The notes below the pieces were generated by a model, which saw only the letters and a program-made list of their open reading frames with translations, ran no database searches and had not been told where the DNA came from. The translations under genes and the position numbers were made by a program. Positions 8,317 through 18,094 of a stretch of 32,000 nt of DNA are shown here, piece by piece. The stretch's first letter is position 1. Each line of letters starts with the position of its first letter. The stretch is from Candidatus Nitrosocaldus schleperae (GTDB taxonomy: Archaea; Thermoproteota; Nitrososphaeria; Nitrososphaerales; Nitrosocaldaceae), in the NCBI GenBank assembly GCA_013538805.1, contig JABXGR010000011.1, positions 7,020 through 39,019 of the forward strand, given 5' to 3'.

Positions 8317-9033
8317 TTACTTAGATGCTATGAATATTACAGCAGCACCAAGCATCCTAGATACCAACCTTACGCTACTAAACTTCTCTCTGAGCATTGC
8401 TATCATCTCTGAGTTCTTTGGTAACCTCTTGTATGTAGAGTATATCGCAGTGAACTTTAGCCCTAACCTGCCAGCAGCAAAGAATGCTAGGATGGCAAGT
8501 ATGAACCTAAGGTAGAGAGATGCTCCAAGCCTAGCAAATGGATCATCTGGCTTGCCTATATCAACTATGACTAGCCTACCATTATCCTTAAGCACCCTAT
8601 GGAACTCCCTTATCGCATCCTTCATGATCACTGCATCCCTGAATGAGTATCCACATACTATTGCATCGAATGTGTTGCTCTTGAATGGTATGTACTCGAA
8701 TACGCCAGATACAAGTGATATCCTGCTTCCGTACTTATTACCATCGTTCATCTTCTCACTTGCAAGATAGAGCATCTCTACTATTGGGTCAAGCATAACA
8801 ACCTTGACATTTGGGAAGATGCTAAGCATGCTCTTACTCATGTTACCAAAGCCAGAGCCAGCATCTAGCACTAGATAACCATCCTCAACGCCCTCAACTA
8901 TGCCTAGCCTCCTCATCTCCTCTGCCCTACCAAGAGAGATTACGTTATTTACCCTATCATATACAGGGATGATCTCCCTAAGCACATTTATTATACTATC
9001 CCATTCATCCCTTAACCCCAATCCTCTGCTCAC
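8317..9033 (-). CDS. ubiE: UbiE/MenG-family SAM-dependent (demethylmenaquinone-type) methyltransferase
   Basis: It has the YDRVNNVISLG N-terminal block and the SAM motif LDAGSGFGN, at a typical length. The GTG start at 9031-9033 directly abuts the pth2 stop. Confidence 0.75.
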   Translation of the reverse strand: MSRGLGLRDEWDSIINVLREIIPVYDRVNNVISLGRAEEMRRLGIVEGVEDGYLVLDAGSGFGNMSKSMLSIFPNVKVVMLDPIVEMLYLASEKMNDGNKYGSRISLVSGVFEYIPFKSNTFDAIVCGYSFRDAVIMKDAIREFHRVLKDNGRLVIVDIGKPDDPFARLGASLYLRFILAILAFFAAGRLGLKFTAIYSTYKRLPKNSEMIAMLREKFSSVRLVSRMLGAAVIFIASK

Positions 9034-9393
9034 CTAAAGCAACTTGAGTTCTCCAGTAACCTTATCTATCATATCAGCAGGAGCAGGACCTATTGCTATG
9101 CATGTTGTTGTTCCAGGCTCGAGTTGTGTTAGCCCAGCATCATCAACCTGAACAACTGGCAGAGCAAGCATCTCAGCCTTTTGCTTAACCTGCATCAGTT
9201 CATCCCTATCCTTGACCTTGAGTACTATCTTTGCTTGGCCATGCATCATCCATGACTCGAACCATTCCCTTCTAGTTGCTTTAACCTTTTCTGCACCAAG
9301 TACAGCAGCGTGAGCAACCTGTGCAGCAAGTTTGCCTATACCCATGTGTATATCCCTCCTAACTACTATAACCTGCTTGATCATATCAGACAT
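9034..9393 (-). CDS. pth2: Peptidyl-tRNA hydrolase, archaeal/eukaryotic Pth2 type
   Basis: The 119-aa product carries VVRRDIHMGIGKLAAQVAHAAV and the TCIAIGPAP C-terminal block typical of PTH2. Confidence 0.9.
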   Translation of the reverse strand: MSDMIKQVIVVRRDIHMGIGKLAAQVAHAAVLGAEKVKATRREWFESWMMHGQAKIVLKVKDRDELMQVKQKAEMLALPVVQVDDAGLTQLEPGTTTCIAIGPAPADMIDKVTGELKLL

Positions 9394-9439
9394 TAATTAC
9401 TTAACCTTAAATAGATAGGGATATCATCTTTTTCCTATC

Positions 9440-10654
9440 ATGTCTATGTATGATGTTATAGTGGTAGGGGGGAGCATATCAGGGCTCCTTGCTGCAAGGG
9501 AGATAGCAAGGAGAGGGTTCTCAGTTCTAGTGTTGGAAGAGGATGCTGAGATTGGTACTCCAGAGCACTGTGGAGGTTTGGTTAGTATTGATGCACTCAA
9601 CTCGTTAGGCATAGAGGAGTATAGATTGCTTAGTAGGATAAGGTATGCAACTATAAGTGTGCTTGATACAACAATAAGTATAGATGCTGAGAGCAAGAAT
9701 GTTATTACAATAGATAGAAGGGCACTTGATAAACATGTTGCAAAACAGGCTAGAAGGAATGGTGCTGATATGATGTTGATGTGTAGGGCAAGATCATTTG
9801 CAGTAAGGGATGGGTATGTTAAGGTAGATACAAACAGGGGCATGATGGAGTGCAAGGTATTGGTAGATGCTAGGGGATGCTCCATACCTGCAGGTACTGG
9901 CAAGGGATTCTTGCCATCTGCACAGTACGAGGTTGACTCTGCATGCTGGATAGATGCTGATAGGGTTGAGGTATACATAGATCAGGATAAGTATCCTGGG
10001 TTCTTTGCATGGATCATACCTGGAGGTAAGGAGAGGGGCAGGGTTGGCGTATCTGGAAAGGGCATAAATGCGATGGATAGGATTGAGCAGTTCATAGCCA
10101 TGAAGGAGGGTAAGTACATGCATGGTAGCAATACTAACTGTAATGGTGTTAATGGTAACAATGGAAGGTGTGTTACGCTTAGAAAGGTATTTGCACCAAT
10201 ATGGATCGATGGACCAAGGAGACCATTCGTTAAGGATGGGAGGGTTGTTGTGGTTGGTGATGCTGCTGGTCAAGCAAAACCAACAACTGCTGGAGGTATC
10301 TACACATCTGGCATGGGAGGTCTACTTGCTGGCACTACTATAGCAGATGCATTAGCAAACAATAATCTTGCTATACTTAACAGGTACGAGGATGCATGGC
10401 TCGATATATTTGGCAAAGAGTTTGAGAAGATGCTGATGCTTAGAAGGTTATTTGAGAGGTTGGATAACAAGGCTATAGAGAGGATCCTAAACTCAGTATA
10501 CCCTCATATCGATGAGGTATCAGCATCTGGAGACTTTGACTTCCATTCATCAGCATTGGCAAGGATGATCATGAGCATAGATGGCTTGAGAGTAGTGAAG
10601 GCTGTACTTGGGAGTGAGTTCAGAAGGTTCCTAGCAGGTATAGCAAAGGTATAA
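9440..10654 (+). CDS. FAD-dependent geranylgeranyl reductase family protein (lipid saturase)
   Basis: The N-terminal dinucleotide fold is YDVIVVGGSISGLLAAREIARRGFSVLVLEE, followed by CGG and the VVVVGDAAGQAKPTTAGGI motif. A small Asn/Gly-rich insertion is present (SNTNCNGVNGNNG). Confidence 0.85.
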   Translation: MSMYDVIVVGGSISGLLAAREIARRGFSVLVLEEDAEIGTPEHCGGLVSIDALNSLGIEEYRLLSRIRYATISVLDTTISIDAESKNVITIDRRALDKHVAKQARRNGADMMLMCRARSFAVRDGYVKVDTNRGMMECKVLVDARGCSIPAGTGKGFLPSAQYEVDSACWIDADRVEVYIDQDKYPGFFAWIIPGGKERGRVGVSGKGINAMDRIEQFIAMKEGKYMHGSNTNCNGVNGNNGRCVTLRKVFAPIWIDGPRRPFVKDGRVVVVGDAAGQAKPTTAGGIYTSGMGGLLAGTTIADALANNNLAILNRYEDAWLDIFGKEFEKMLMLRRLFERLDNKAIERILNSVYPHIDEVSASGDFDFHSSALARMIMSIDGLRVVKAVLGSEFRRFLAGIAKV

Positions 10655-10679
10655 ATTAGATCTTCTAGGGTAGCAACTC

Positions 10680-10862
10680 ATGTCACAAAGGGCAATAGCA
10701 TTACCATCATGCATATCATGCAACAGGGTAATAATGCCCAATGATAGATGTGTAAAGTTCAACTGCCCAAAGTGCAACAGGTTCCTTATATGGAGGTGTG
10801 AGTCATGCAGAGAGTTTGCAAGGATGTACAAGTGCAAAGAGTGTGGGTTTGAAGGCCCATAG
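10680..10862 (+). CDS. Small Zn-ribbon protein (four CxxC pairs) of the type usually found upstream of aEF-1beta
   Basis: It contains CISC...CPKC...CESC...CKEC. Adjacency to aEF-1beta is a conserved archaeal arrangement. Confidence 0.75.
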   Translation: MSQRAIALPSCISCNRVIMPNDRCVKFNCPKCNRFLIWRCESCREFARMYKCKECGFEGP

Positions 10863-10906
10863 TTGCAGTTAACAACATGTATGTTGTAGGTAGGTAGGTG
10901 AATGGT

Positions 10907-11185
10907 ATGGGCAAGCTTATAGCAAGGGTCAAGATAATGCCTGCTGATGTTGATGTTAACCTTGATTCTCTAGTAGAGAAGGTTAAGGGTAATATGCCAG
11001 ATGGTATGCAGGTTAAGAGGTATAGCAAAGAGCCAATAGCATTTGGGATAAATGCTCTCCTACTTGATATGGTGATGGATGAGGATACTGCAGATACAGA
11101 CTTGCTAGAGGAGAATTTAAGGAGCATAGATGGTGTTGGCGAGGTTGAGATTGTAAGCATGAGCAGAGAGTCTGCTAGGCTATGA
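10907..11185 (+). CDS. ef1b: Translation elongation factor aEF-1 beta
   Basis: MGKLIARVKIMPADVDVNLD...VGEVEIVSMSR is typical of the roughly 90-aa aEF-1beta. I prefer the ATG at 10907 to the GTG at 10898 used by the ORF track. The stop overlaps the cdc48 ATG (ATGA). Confidence 0.85.
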   Translation: MGKLIARVKIMPADVDVNLDSLVEKVKGNMPDGMQVKRYSKEPIAFGINALLLDMVMDEDTADTDLLEENLRSIDGVGEVEIVSMSRESARL

Positions 11186-13350
11186 AGCACGTACTTGAAC
11201 CAATACAGTTGAGGGTAGCAGAGGCAAAGGCTAGGGATGTTGGTAAGAGGAGGGCAAGGGTAAGCAGTAGCGTGCTTGAGATGCTACAGGCATCTGCTGG
11301 GGATGTTGTAGAACTCATAGGGAAGAGGAGTACTGTTGCTATAATATGGAATGATGAGGATATAGATGATCATACGATAAGGATAGATGGGCAGACTAGG
11401 AAGAATGCTGGGGTAAGCATAAACGATATCATAATGGTTAGGAGGGTTGAGGCCAAGGCAGCAAGGAGCATAACCCTCATACCTATAAGCGTGAAGATGA
11501 GTGTAGATAAGGAGTTCTCTGAGTTTGTGAGGAATAGGCTTAGATGCATACCAGTGGTTGAGGGGGATGAGATATCTGTTGTTATACTTGGGAGTTCTAT
11601 GGACTTTAAGGTTCAGAAGGTTATGCCAAAAGGGATAGTAAGGATAGAGCAGTCAACAAGGCTTAACATACTCTCAAGCACTGCTGTTGAGAAGAAGCCT
11701 AGAGTCACGTATGAGGATATTGGAGGCTTGAAGATGCAGATAGAGAGGCTTAGGGAGATAGTTGAGTTACCGTTGAAGCATCCAGAGGTATTCCAACGCT
11801 TAGGCATAGAACCCCCAAAGGGTATATTGCTCTATGGCCCTCCAGGATGTGGGAAGACACTTATAGCAAAAGCATTGGCAAGTGAGGCTGAGGCTAACTT
11901 CTACTCAATAAATGGACCAGAGATAATGAACAAGTACTACGGTGAGACTGAGGCAAGGCTTAGAGAGATATTCAAGGAGGCAAGGGAGAATGCTCCCAGC
12001 ATAATCTTCATAGATGAGATAGATGCTATAGCACCAAAGAGGGAAGAGGTCTTTGGTGATGTTGAGAAGAGGGTTGTTGCACAACTCTTAGCGTTGATGG
12101 ATGGGTTAGCAGATAGAGGTAATGTTATAGTCATAGGGGCAACTAATAGGCCAGAGAGTGTTGATCCAGCGCTTAGGAGGCCAGGGAGGTTCGATAGGGA
12201 GATAGAGATAACTGTACCAAATGCTGAAGGCAGGCTGGAGATACTCCAGATACATACTAGAGGGATGCCTCTAGCAGAGAATGTTAACCTGAAGAGGCTT
12301 GCTTCAGAGTTGCATGGTTACACTGGTGCAGATATAAAGGCACTATGCAGGGAAGCAGCAATGAAGGCAGTTAGGAGATACCTCCCAGAGATAGACCTTG
12401 AAGGTGAGAGCATACCCCCAGATCTGCTAGAGAAGATGGTTGTTACAAGCAAGGACTTCCACGATGCAATGAAGGAGATAGTGCCTACAGCACTAAGGGA
12501 GTTCTATGTTGAAGGGCAGAGGATAACATGGAATGATGTTGGTGGCTTGAAGAACGTTAAGAAGATACTCTACGATAACATAGTCAAGGCCTTGAATGAG
12601 CCTGAGAGGTTTGAAGATATGGGCATAACCCCGCCAAGGGGTGCACTACTCTATGGTCCTCCAGGGTGTGGGAAGACACTCCTGGCATTGGCAATGGCAA
12701 ATGAGAGCAATGCTAACTCCATAAAGGTCAAGGGCCCTGAGATACTAAGCAAGTGGGTTGGCGAGAGCGAGAAGGCTATAAGGGATATATACAAGAAGGC
12801 TAGAGCATCATCACCATGCATAGTAATCTTTGATGAACTTGATGCTATAGCAAGACCTAGAACAGGGGCTGAAGGATCTGATGTGAACGATAGAGTGCTA
12901 AGCCAGTTACTTACAGAGATGGATAATGTTGCAAATGGTGTAATAACCATAGGCATAACAAATAGGCCAGATCTAATAGATCCTTCACTGCTTAGACCTG
13001 GAAGGCTTGATATTATAGTATATGTTCAGCCTCCAAGCAAGGATGAGAGGCTTGAGATACTCCAGATACTTACCAGGAGGATGCCAATACAGCATGATAA
13101 GATAAACCTAGAGGAGATAGCAGGTGTAACCAATGGCTACACTGGCGCAGATCTTAACGCTCTATGTAGGGAAGCAGCAATAAACGCCATGAGGAGTGGG
13201 AGGAAGAGTATAGGCAGTGAGGACTTTGAGTATGCATTGAAGCAGGTGAAGCCATCAGTAACACCACAGATAGAGGGTTGGTACAACAGCATAAGCAAGA
13301 ATGTAACATATGCTATCCCAAAGCCAATAGATAAGGTATTCTATGGGTAG
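11182..13350 (+). CDS. cdc48: CDC48/VCP-type AAA+ ATPase (two AAA domains)
   Basis: It has a CDC48 N-domain, two Walker A motifs (GPPGCGKT twice) and two Walker B motifs ([16 protein letters not shown]). The C-terminus ...KVFYG fits an HbYX proteasome-docking motif. Confidence 0.95.
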   Translation: MKHVLEPIQLRVAEAKARDVGKRRARVSSSVLEMLQASAGDVVELIGKRSTVAIIWNDEDIDDHTIRIDGQTRKNAGVSINDIIMVRRVEAKAARSITLIPISVKMSVDKEFSEFVRNRLRCIPVVEGDEISVVILGSSMDFKVQKVMPKGIVRIEQSTRLNILSSTAVEKKPRVTYEDIGGLKMQIERLREIVELPLKHPEVFQRLGIEPPKGILLYGPPGCGKTLIAKALASEAEANFYSINGPEIMNKYYGETEARLREIFKEARENAPSIIFIDEIDAIAPKREEVFGDVEKRVVAQLLALMDGLADRGNVIVIGATNRPESVDPALRRPGRFDREIEITVPNAEGRLEILQIHTRGMPLAENVNLKRLASELHGYTGADIKALCREAAMKAVRRYLPEIDLEGESIPPDLLEKMVVTSKDFHDAMKEIVPTALREFYVEGQRITWNDVGGLKNVKKILYDNIVKALNEPERFEDMGITPPRGALLYGPPGCGKTLLALAMANESNANSIKVKGPEILSKWVGESEKAIRDIYKKARASSPCIVIFDELDAIARPRTGAEGSDVNDRVLSQLLTEMDNVANGVITIGITNRPDLIDPSLLRPGRLDIIVYVQPPSKDERLEILQILTRRMPIQHDKINLEEIAGVTNGYTGADLNALCREAAINAMRSGRKSIGSEDFEYALKQVKPSVTPQIEGWYNSISKNVTYAIPKPIDKVFYG

Positions 13351-13360
13351 ATGATAGGCT

Positions 13361-13651
13361 ATGATGACACCATTGAGAAATATAGTGTATGAGAAGATAA
13401 GGGGTGCAAGGAGCATAACCGATGTGGAACTCATGAATATGCTTACAAAGGAAGGGTTTGAATTCACAAGGGCTGAACTAAACAAGATACTGCTTGATCT
13501 TGAGATACTTGGGCTTGTAAGGGTTGGATGGATAAGCAAGGATAAGAGGAGGATAGAGGTTAGGGATGTTGAAGGGAAGGAGGGGAGGAGAGATAGGGAG
13601 GCAGATGAGGGTACAGGGGATATGGAAGAGGAGGAAGTGCTAGGTGAATAG
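13361..13651 (+). CDS. Small protein with a possible winged-helix core and an acidic/Arg-rich tail, unknown function
   Basis: The 96-aa ORF starts 10 nt after the cdc48 stop. ELNKILLDLEILGLVRV resembles a wHTH recognition region. The tail is a low-complexity E/R/G tract. Confidence 0.5.
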   Translation: MMTPLRNIVYEKIRGARSITDVELMNMLTKEGFEFTRAELNKILLDLEILGLVRVGWISKDKRRIEVRDVEGKEGRRDREADEGTGDMEEEEVLGE

Positions 13652-13670
13652 GATACATAGTAACATAAAA

Positions 13671-14558
13671 CTATACGATGATATACAATGGGTAGTTATA
13701 TATGGAATCAAGCATCAATGCTATGAATATTATTGCAAGGTATGGACTGGAGAGTTTGTAAGTATGCCATGCAACATCCTTGCTTGTATTCCTAACAAGC
13801 CTAATGTTATAGTGTAGGAGCATAATGCCAGCAACTATCGATGCTACAAGATACACTAACCCTAAGCCTAGGAATGCTATTGCAATGGAGTATGGTACAA
13901 GCACTATGGTATTAACAAGTATGTACTTTGCAGCTCTCTTATCCCCAACAAGCACAGGGAGCATTGGTACCCTAGCATTTGCGTACTCCTCTCTACCAAC
14001 TATCGATAAGCACCAGAAGTGGGTTGGTGTCCATAGGAATACTATGAGCCCAACCAGGAAGCCCAGTGGGTCAATGCTACCTGTTGCTGTTGCCCAACCA
14101 GCATATGATGCACAACTGCCAGCAAAGCCCCCTATCACTATGTTTGATGTATGCCTCCTCTTCAGCCATACAGTGTATATGAGTACATAGAAGAATATGC
14201 CTAGAGCGATGAAGAGTGCTGCCATTGCATTTAGTGTGAAGAATGCTATGATAACTGATGCTATGCTCATACCTAAACCATAGATAAGAGCATTCCTAGC
14301 CTTCATCATGCCCGAGGGTATCGGTCTCTTACTTGTTCTATTCATGAGCACATCTATATCCTTATCATAGTAATGGTTCAGTGCACTTGAACCCATCGAT
14401 GCCATGCTTCCAGTAAGGAGTAGGAATGCTACATCCCATGGATCAGCAGTCCCCTTACCTGCTGCTAGAAGAGATGTTATCGCTACGAGATTCAGTACAG
14501 CAACTATCCTAAGCTTCGATATTGCAATGTAACCTCTTAGCCCCAACTTGTATAGCAT
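13671..14558 (-). CDS. ctaB: Protoheme IX farnesyltransferase (heme O synthase), UbiA family
   Basis: It has the NHYYDKDIDVLMNRTSKRPIPSG motif and about 8-9 TM segments. Confidence 0.9.
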   Translation of the reverse strand: MLYKLGLRGYIAISKLRIVAVLNLVAITSLLAAGKGTADPWDVAFLLLTGSMASMGSSALNHYYDKDIDVLMNRTSKRPIPSGMMKARNALIYGLGMSIASVIIAFFTLNAMAALFIALGIFFYVLIYTVWLKRRHTSNIVIGGFAGSCASYAGWATATGSIDPLGFLVGLIVFLWTPTHFWCLSIVGREEYANARVPMLPVLVGDKRAAKYILVNTIVLVPYSIAIAFLGLGLVYLVASIVAGIMLLHYNIRLVRNTSKDVAWHTYKLSSPYLAIIFIALMLDSIYNYPLYIIV

Positions 14559-14681
14559 AGATATTCCAGCATTTAATCGTTAGTGTATTACATACATCAT
14601 CATAGATAACTTCATTCTTAATCCTTCAATCAATGTTATAAAGATTTTTTATCCCGTTTAGGCTATAAATACAGTAGAGAT

Positions 14682-15638
14682 ATGCCAAAGAGATACTCCA
14701 TCGAGGAGGTTAAGCAGAGGATAGTAGATGTGTTAAAGCAATCCGACTCTGGACTCTCTGGCATAGAGATAGCAGAGAGGACTGGTATAAACAGGGTTAC
14801 CATAACCAAGTATCTTAACATACTTGAGACCATGGGTATAATAAAGAGGAGGAGCATGGGTCCTGTGAATGTATGGTATATAAAGCATGGCGTGGATCTA
14901 AGCAGTAAGGACATACTAGAACTACAGCAGTTATACATGGATGCACTATTCACATATGATGAGGATAAGGCTAGAACCATACTCCTCAATGCAATACACT
15001 CAAACGTTGATCCAATACTGCTAATGAGCGATGTTATTATACCAACCATAAACACTGCTGGAGAGTTGTATGCAAGGGGAAGGATGAGCGCTATAGATAT
15101 CATGCTTGTAAACAATCTTGCAATGGAATCTCTAGACCTAATAAAGTTCAACGCTAGCAGGGTAGAGGTGAAGAGGGATGCATATGCAGTCTTCATGAGC
15201 ATGAGTGAGAAGATCGGGAGGGAGGCTGTTGATATGAAGGCAGCATCTATTGCATTCTACATAAAGGGTTGGAATCCATTCTTATTAGGCAATGTTGGCT
15301 CAGAGGCAGGGCTCTTCCTCGACATAGATATAGTTAGGTTCATCAACAAGATATTGAGGGATAGAGGAAAGGGCATCATCCTCCTCTACATATCTGCAGC
15401 AGAGGAGTTTGCAGCATTAAACGAGTTGATAAGATCTGTTAAGGAGAAGCTTGAGAAGAATATACTTGTAATAGTTGGGGGCAGGGTACTGGATAGGCTT
15501 GAGGGTAAATATAAGGATACAAGTGCAGGAGTAATGGTTGGAAAGGATACAGTATATCCATACATAGACCACTATACAATAGATATAATGAAGGCTGTAG
15601 AATGGGCTGAGAAGATGTATAGGAGTCTAAAGTTGTAA
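14682..15638 (+). CDS. Putative transcription regulator: N-terminal winged HTH fused to a cobalamin-binding-like module (helical bundle plus Rossmann) that lacks the His ligand
   Basis: Residues 1-70 form the wHTH (LSGIEIAERTGINRVTITKYLNILETMGIIKR). Residues 78-150 resemble the B12-binding_2 helical bundle. Residues 165-270 follow the B12-binding Rossmann pattern (GWNPFLLGNVG, ILLYISAA, ILVIVGG). The DxHxxG position reads MSEKIG (15201-15218). Confidence 0.55.
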   Translation: MPKRYSIEEVKQRIVDVLKQSDSGLSGIEIAERTGINRVTITKYLNILETMGIIKRRSMGPVNVWYIKHGVDLSSKDILELQQLYMDALFTYDEDKARTILLNAIHSNVDPILLMSDVIIPTINTAGELYARGRMSAIDIMLVNNLAMESLDLIKFNASRVEVKRDAYAVFMSMSEKIGREAVDMKAASIAFYIKGWNPFLLGNVGSEAGLFLDIDIVRFINKILRDRGKGIILLYISAAEEFAALNELIRSVKEKLEKNILVIVGGRVLDRLEGKYKDTSAGVMVGKDTVYPYIDHYTIDIMKAVEWAEKMYRSLKL

Positions 15639-15705
15639 TAAATAAAATAATCTGATACAATAACAGCAAATAATATTTATAAATAAGGGATAGAAGATAG
15701 ATTTA

Positions 15706-16194
15706 ATGTCTTTGCCAGATAAGGATGGGAGATTTGATAGACTACTGAAGAGGTATAGAGAGGCTATACTCTTCAACAAGAACCTGCTCATCTCTGGCAC
15801 GGGAGGTTTCTTTGCAAGTGCATACATCTCCCAAGTACATCTTGAGTATTATGCTGATAAACTTACAAACTCTATACTTGCATTAGTAATAGAGTATGCT
15901 GTATACATCCCTCTATTTGCTCTACTCTTCTACATGGATAATAGGAGTAGGTATATAGATCATGCAAGTGGTAAGAGGAACTCAAAGGCTTTAAAGGATG
16001 ATGTGAAGAAGCTCTTTGCAGCATTCTCTGTTGCAGAGATTGTATTCTCTATAACCAGATTTGCAAGCCAGTACCAGTTACTACAGGTAGATATTCAAGC
16101 ATACCAAGCATCTATGCTCAGTTCGGTTATTGCGTGGATAGTATTCTTCATAGTGATTAACATGATGGCAAGAATTGTAAGACTGTTAAGATGA
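15706..16194 (+). CDS. Small integral membrane protein (about 4 TM), unknown function
   Basis: The 162-aa ORF has hydrophobic segments and consistent codon usage. I recognise no motif. Confidence 0.5.
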   Translation: MSLPDKDGRFDRLLKRYREAILFNKNLLISGTGGFFASAYISQVHLEYYADKLTNSILALVIEYAVYIPLFALLFYMDNRSRYIDHASGKRNSKALKDDVKKLFAAFSVAEIVFSITRFASQYQLLQVDIQAYQASMLSSVIAWIVFFIVINMMARIVRLLR

Positions 16195-16272
16195 AATTGG
16201 ATGGGAGGGTATAGGATGGGATGAACAGCAACACCACACAATGTATCTTCATACTCCTAGTACTGGTACTTG

Positions 16273-18051
16273 CTACTGTGCATCATTCTCATAGTCCTCC
16301 TTTACCAATATATCTATTAGGCTCTTCTCTATCCTTCTATTCACAACTATGAACGTATCTAGCAGGAGGTATACAAATACTACAACTGCTGCTACGGATG
16401 CTGGAAGCATTATTTCCATATTGGTAACCAGAGAAGGTATTACGAATGATGTTATGACTAGCACTACTATGCTAACCACTATATTCCTTATAACTCTGTG
16501 CAGATGGTCCATCTTACGTGTTACAACTGGATACCTTGCTATCCTCCTCTGCACAGCCTCAAATATAGCATCTATAATCTCTCCTGCCCTGCCAAGTATG
16601 TTGAGTAATGGATAGATCACTACTCCAATCATGAATACAATCCTGAATATACTGTAAGGTAGTATATTGAAGGAAGAGAATGTATTGTAAAGCATTGATA
16701 TCAGGCCCTCGCTTAATAATACTATAGTTATCATAACTACTATTATTGATATGTTGATGAGCAGTCTTGAGAATATCCTCCCTATTCTCAATATACTATT
16801 CTTCTGCTGTGCATTCTTGAGTATGCCTCTAGTAACCCTTGCAGGAACCTCCAGGATGTTGAGTAGCCTTATGGGTACTATGCTCCTTGGATCAACTATA
16901 GTTGGTAGTGCTCTTGCAAATAACGGTATAACAAATATGCTTGCTAATGATATTATCATGGTTATAGGCATTATAGACTCCCTAGTAGCGTTAAGATCCA
17001 TACCCTGCTTTGCCATGACGAATGATAACTCACCCCTAGGCATCATCATTATCCCAACTGTAGATGCACTATCCCTACTGTAACCAACTATGCTTGTAGC
17101 GATGAAGTTGCCTATGAACTTGCTTAGTATTGCTACAACAACTATAGGTAGAGAGATGATCAGATTATCCAGTATAGCGTTGAGGCTTATCAGCATCCCT
17201 ATAGATATGAAGAATACAGTCCCAAACAGATCTCTTAATGGTACAACCTTCTCAGTTATCACACCTGCTCTAGGAGATGAGGCAATCATCATACCCATTA
17301 GGAATGCACCTATAGCCATACTCAATCCTAGATAGTTTGCAAATAGTGCTAGACCGAAGCCCATGACTATTGCAAGGAGTAATGGTGCCTCATCAAGATC
17401 AAGCCTTGATACATACTCTATCAGCCTAGGAACCACCTTAAGCCCTATCACTAGCGTTATTACAAAGAACGTTACGCTCTGAGCTATTATTAGTCCTATG
17501 CTGAATAGATCTGCAGTACCACTCTTCACTATGCCTGGGAGTATAACTAGCAGTATTATGGAGAAGATATCCTCAACTATGCTAACTACTATTATGAACT
17601 CCCCCTCTCTAGTGTGAAGGATACCAGCATCCTTGAGCAACTTGAGTACTATTGCTGTACTTGTTATGCTTATTATCCCTCCAATATATATAGCCTCTAT
17701 ACTATTGAAGCCTAGAGCAGCAGCAGCTATGAAGCCAAGGAAGAATGCTACGCCTATCTCAACAATGGCACCTACAAGTGCTACGCCTCCTACCCTCCTA
17801 AACCTGTTTATATTCAACTCTAACCCAACCACAAATACTAGCAGTATAACACCAATATCTGCAAGTATGTTAACTATCTGCACATCAGTAACAATCTTGA
17901 AGCCATATGGCCCTATAACCATACCAACAAGTATGAAACCTATAACAGATGGTAGCCTAGCCTTCCTTGCTAATAGGCTACCAAGTATGGCAGAGCCTAA
18001 TAGGATGGTAAGCATGAGCATGAACTCCACTGATGATGTGATGTTAACCAT
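16273..18051 (-). CDS. Cation:proton antiporter (CPA2/Kef-type Na+/H+ exchanger domain) with an extra C-terminal membrane domain
   Basis: The N-terminal 390 aa or so look like a typical Na_H_exchanger polytopic domain. The C-terminal 200 aa or so contain about 4 further TM helices instead of a soluble KTN/TrkA domain. Confidence 0.75.
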   Translation of the reverse strand: MVNITSSVEFMLMLTILLGSAILGSLLARKARLPSVIGFILVGMVIGPYGFKIVTDVQIVNILADIGVILLVFVVGLELNINRFRRVGGVALVGAIVEIGVAFFLGFIAAAALGFNSIEAIYIGGIISITSTAIVLKLLKDAGILHTREGEFIIVVSIVEDIFSIILLVILPGIVKSGTADLFSIGLIIAQSVTFFVITLVIGLKVVPRLIEYVSRLDLDEAPLLLAIVMGFGLALFANYLGLSMAIGAFLMGMMIASSPRAGVITEKVVPLRDLFGTVFFISIGMLISLNAILDNLIISLPIVVVAILSKFIGNFIATSIVGYSRDSASTVGIMMMPRGELSFVMAKQGMDLNATRESIMPITMIISLASIFVIPLFARALPTIVDPRSIVPIRLLNILEVPARVTRGILKNAQQKNSILRIGRIFSRLLINISIIVVMITIVLLSEGLISMLYNTFSSFNILPYSIFRIVFMIGVVIYPLLNILGRAGEIIDAIFEAVQRRIARYPVVTRKMDHLHRVIRNIVVSIVVLVITSFVIPSLVTNMEIMLPASVAAVVVFVYLLLDTFIVVNRRIEKSLIDILVKEDYENDAQ

Positions 18052-18094
18052 ACTCTTAATAAGTAGAAGAGGATATAAAAGTTAGGTAATTTGG

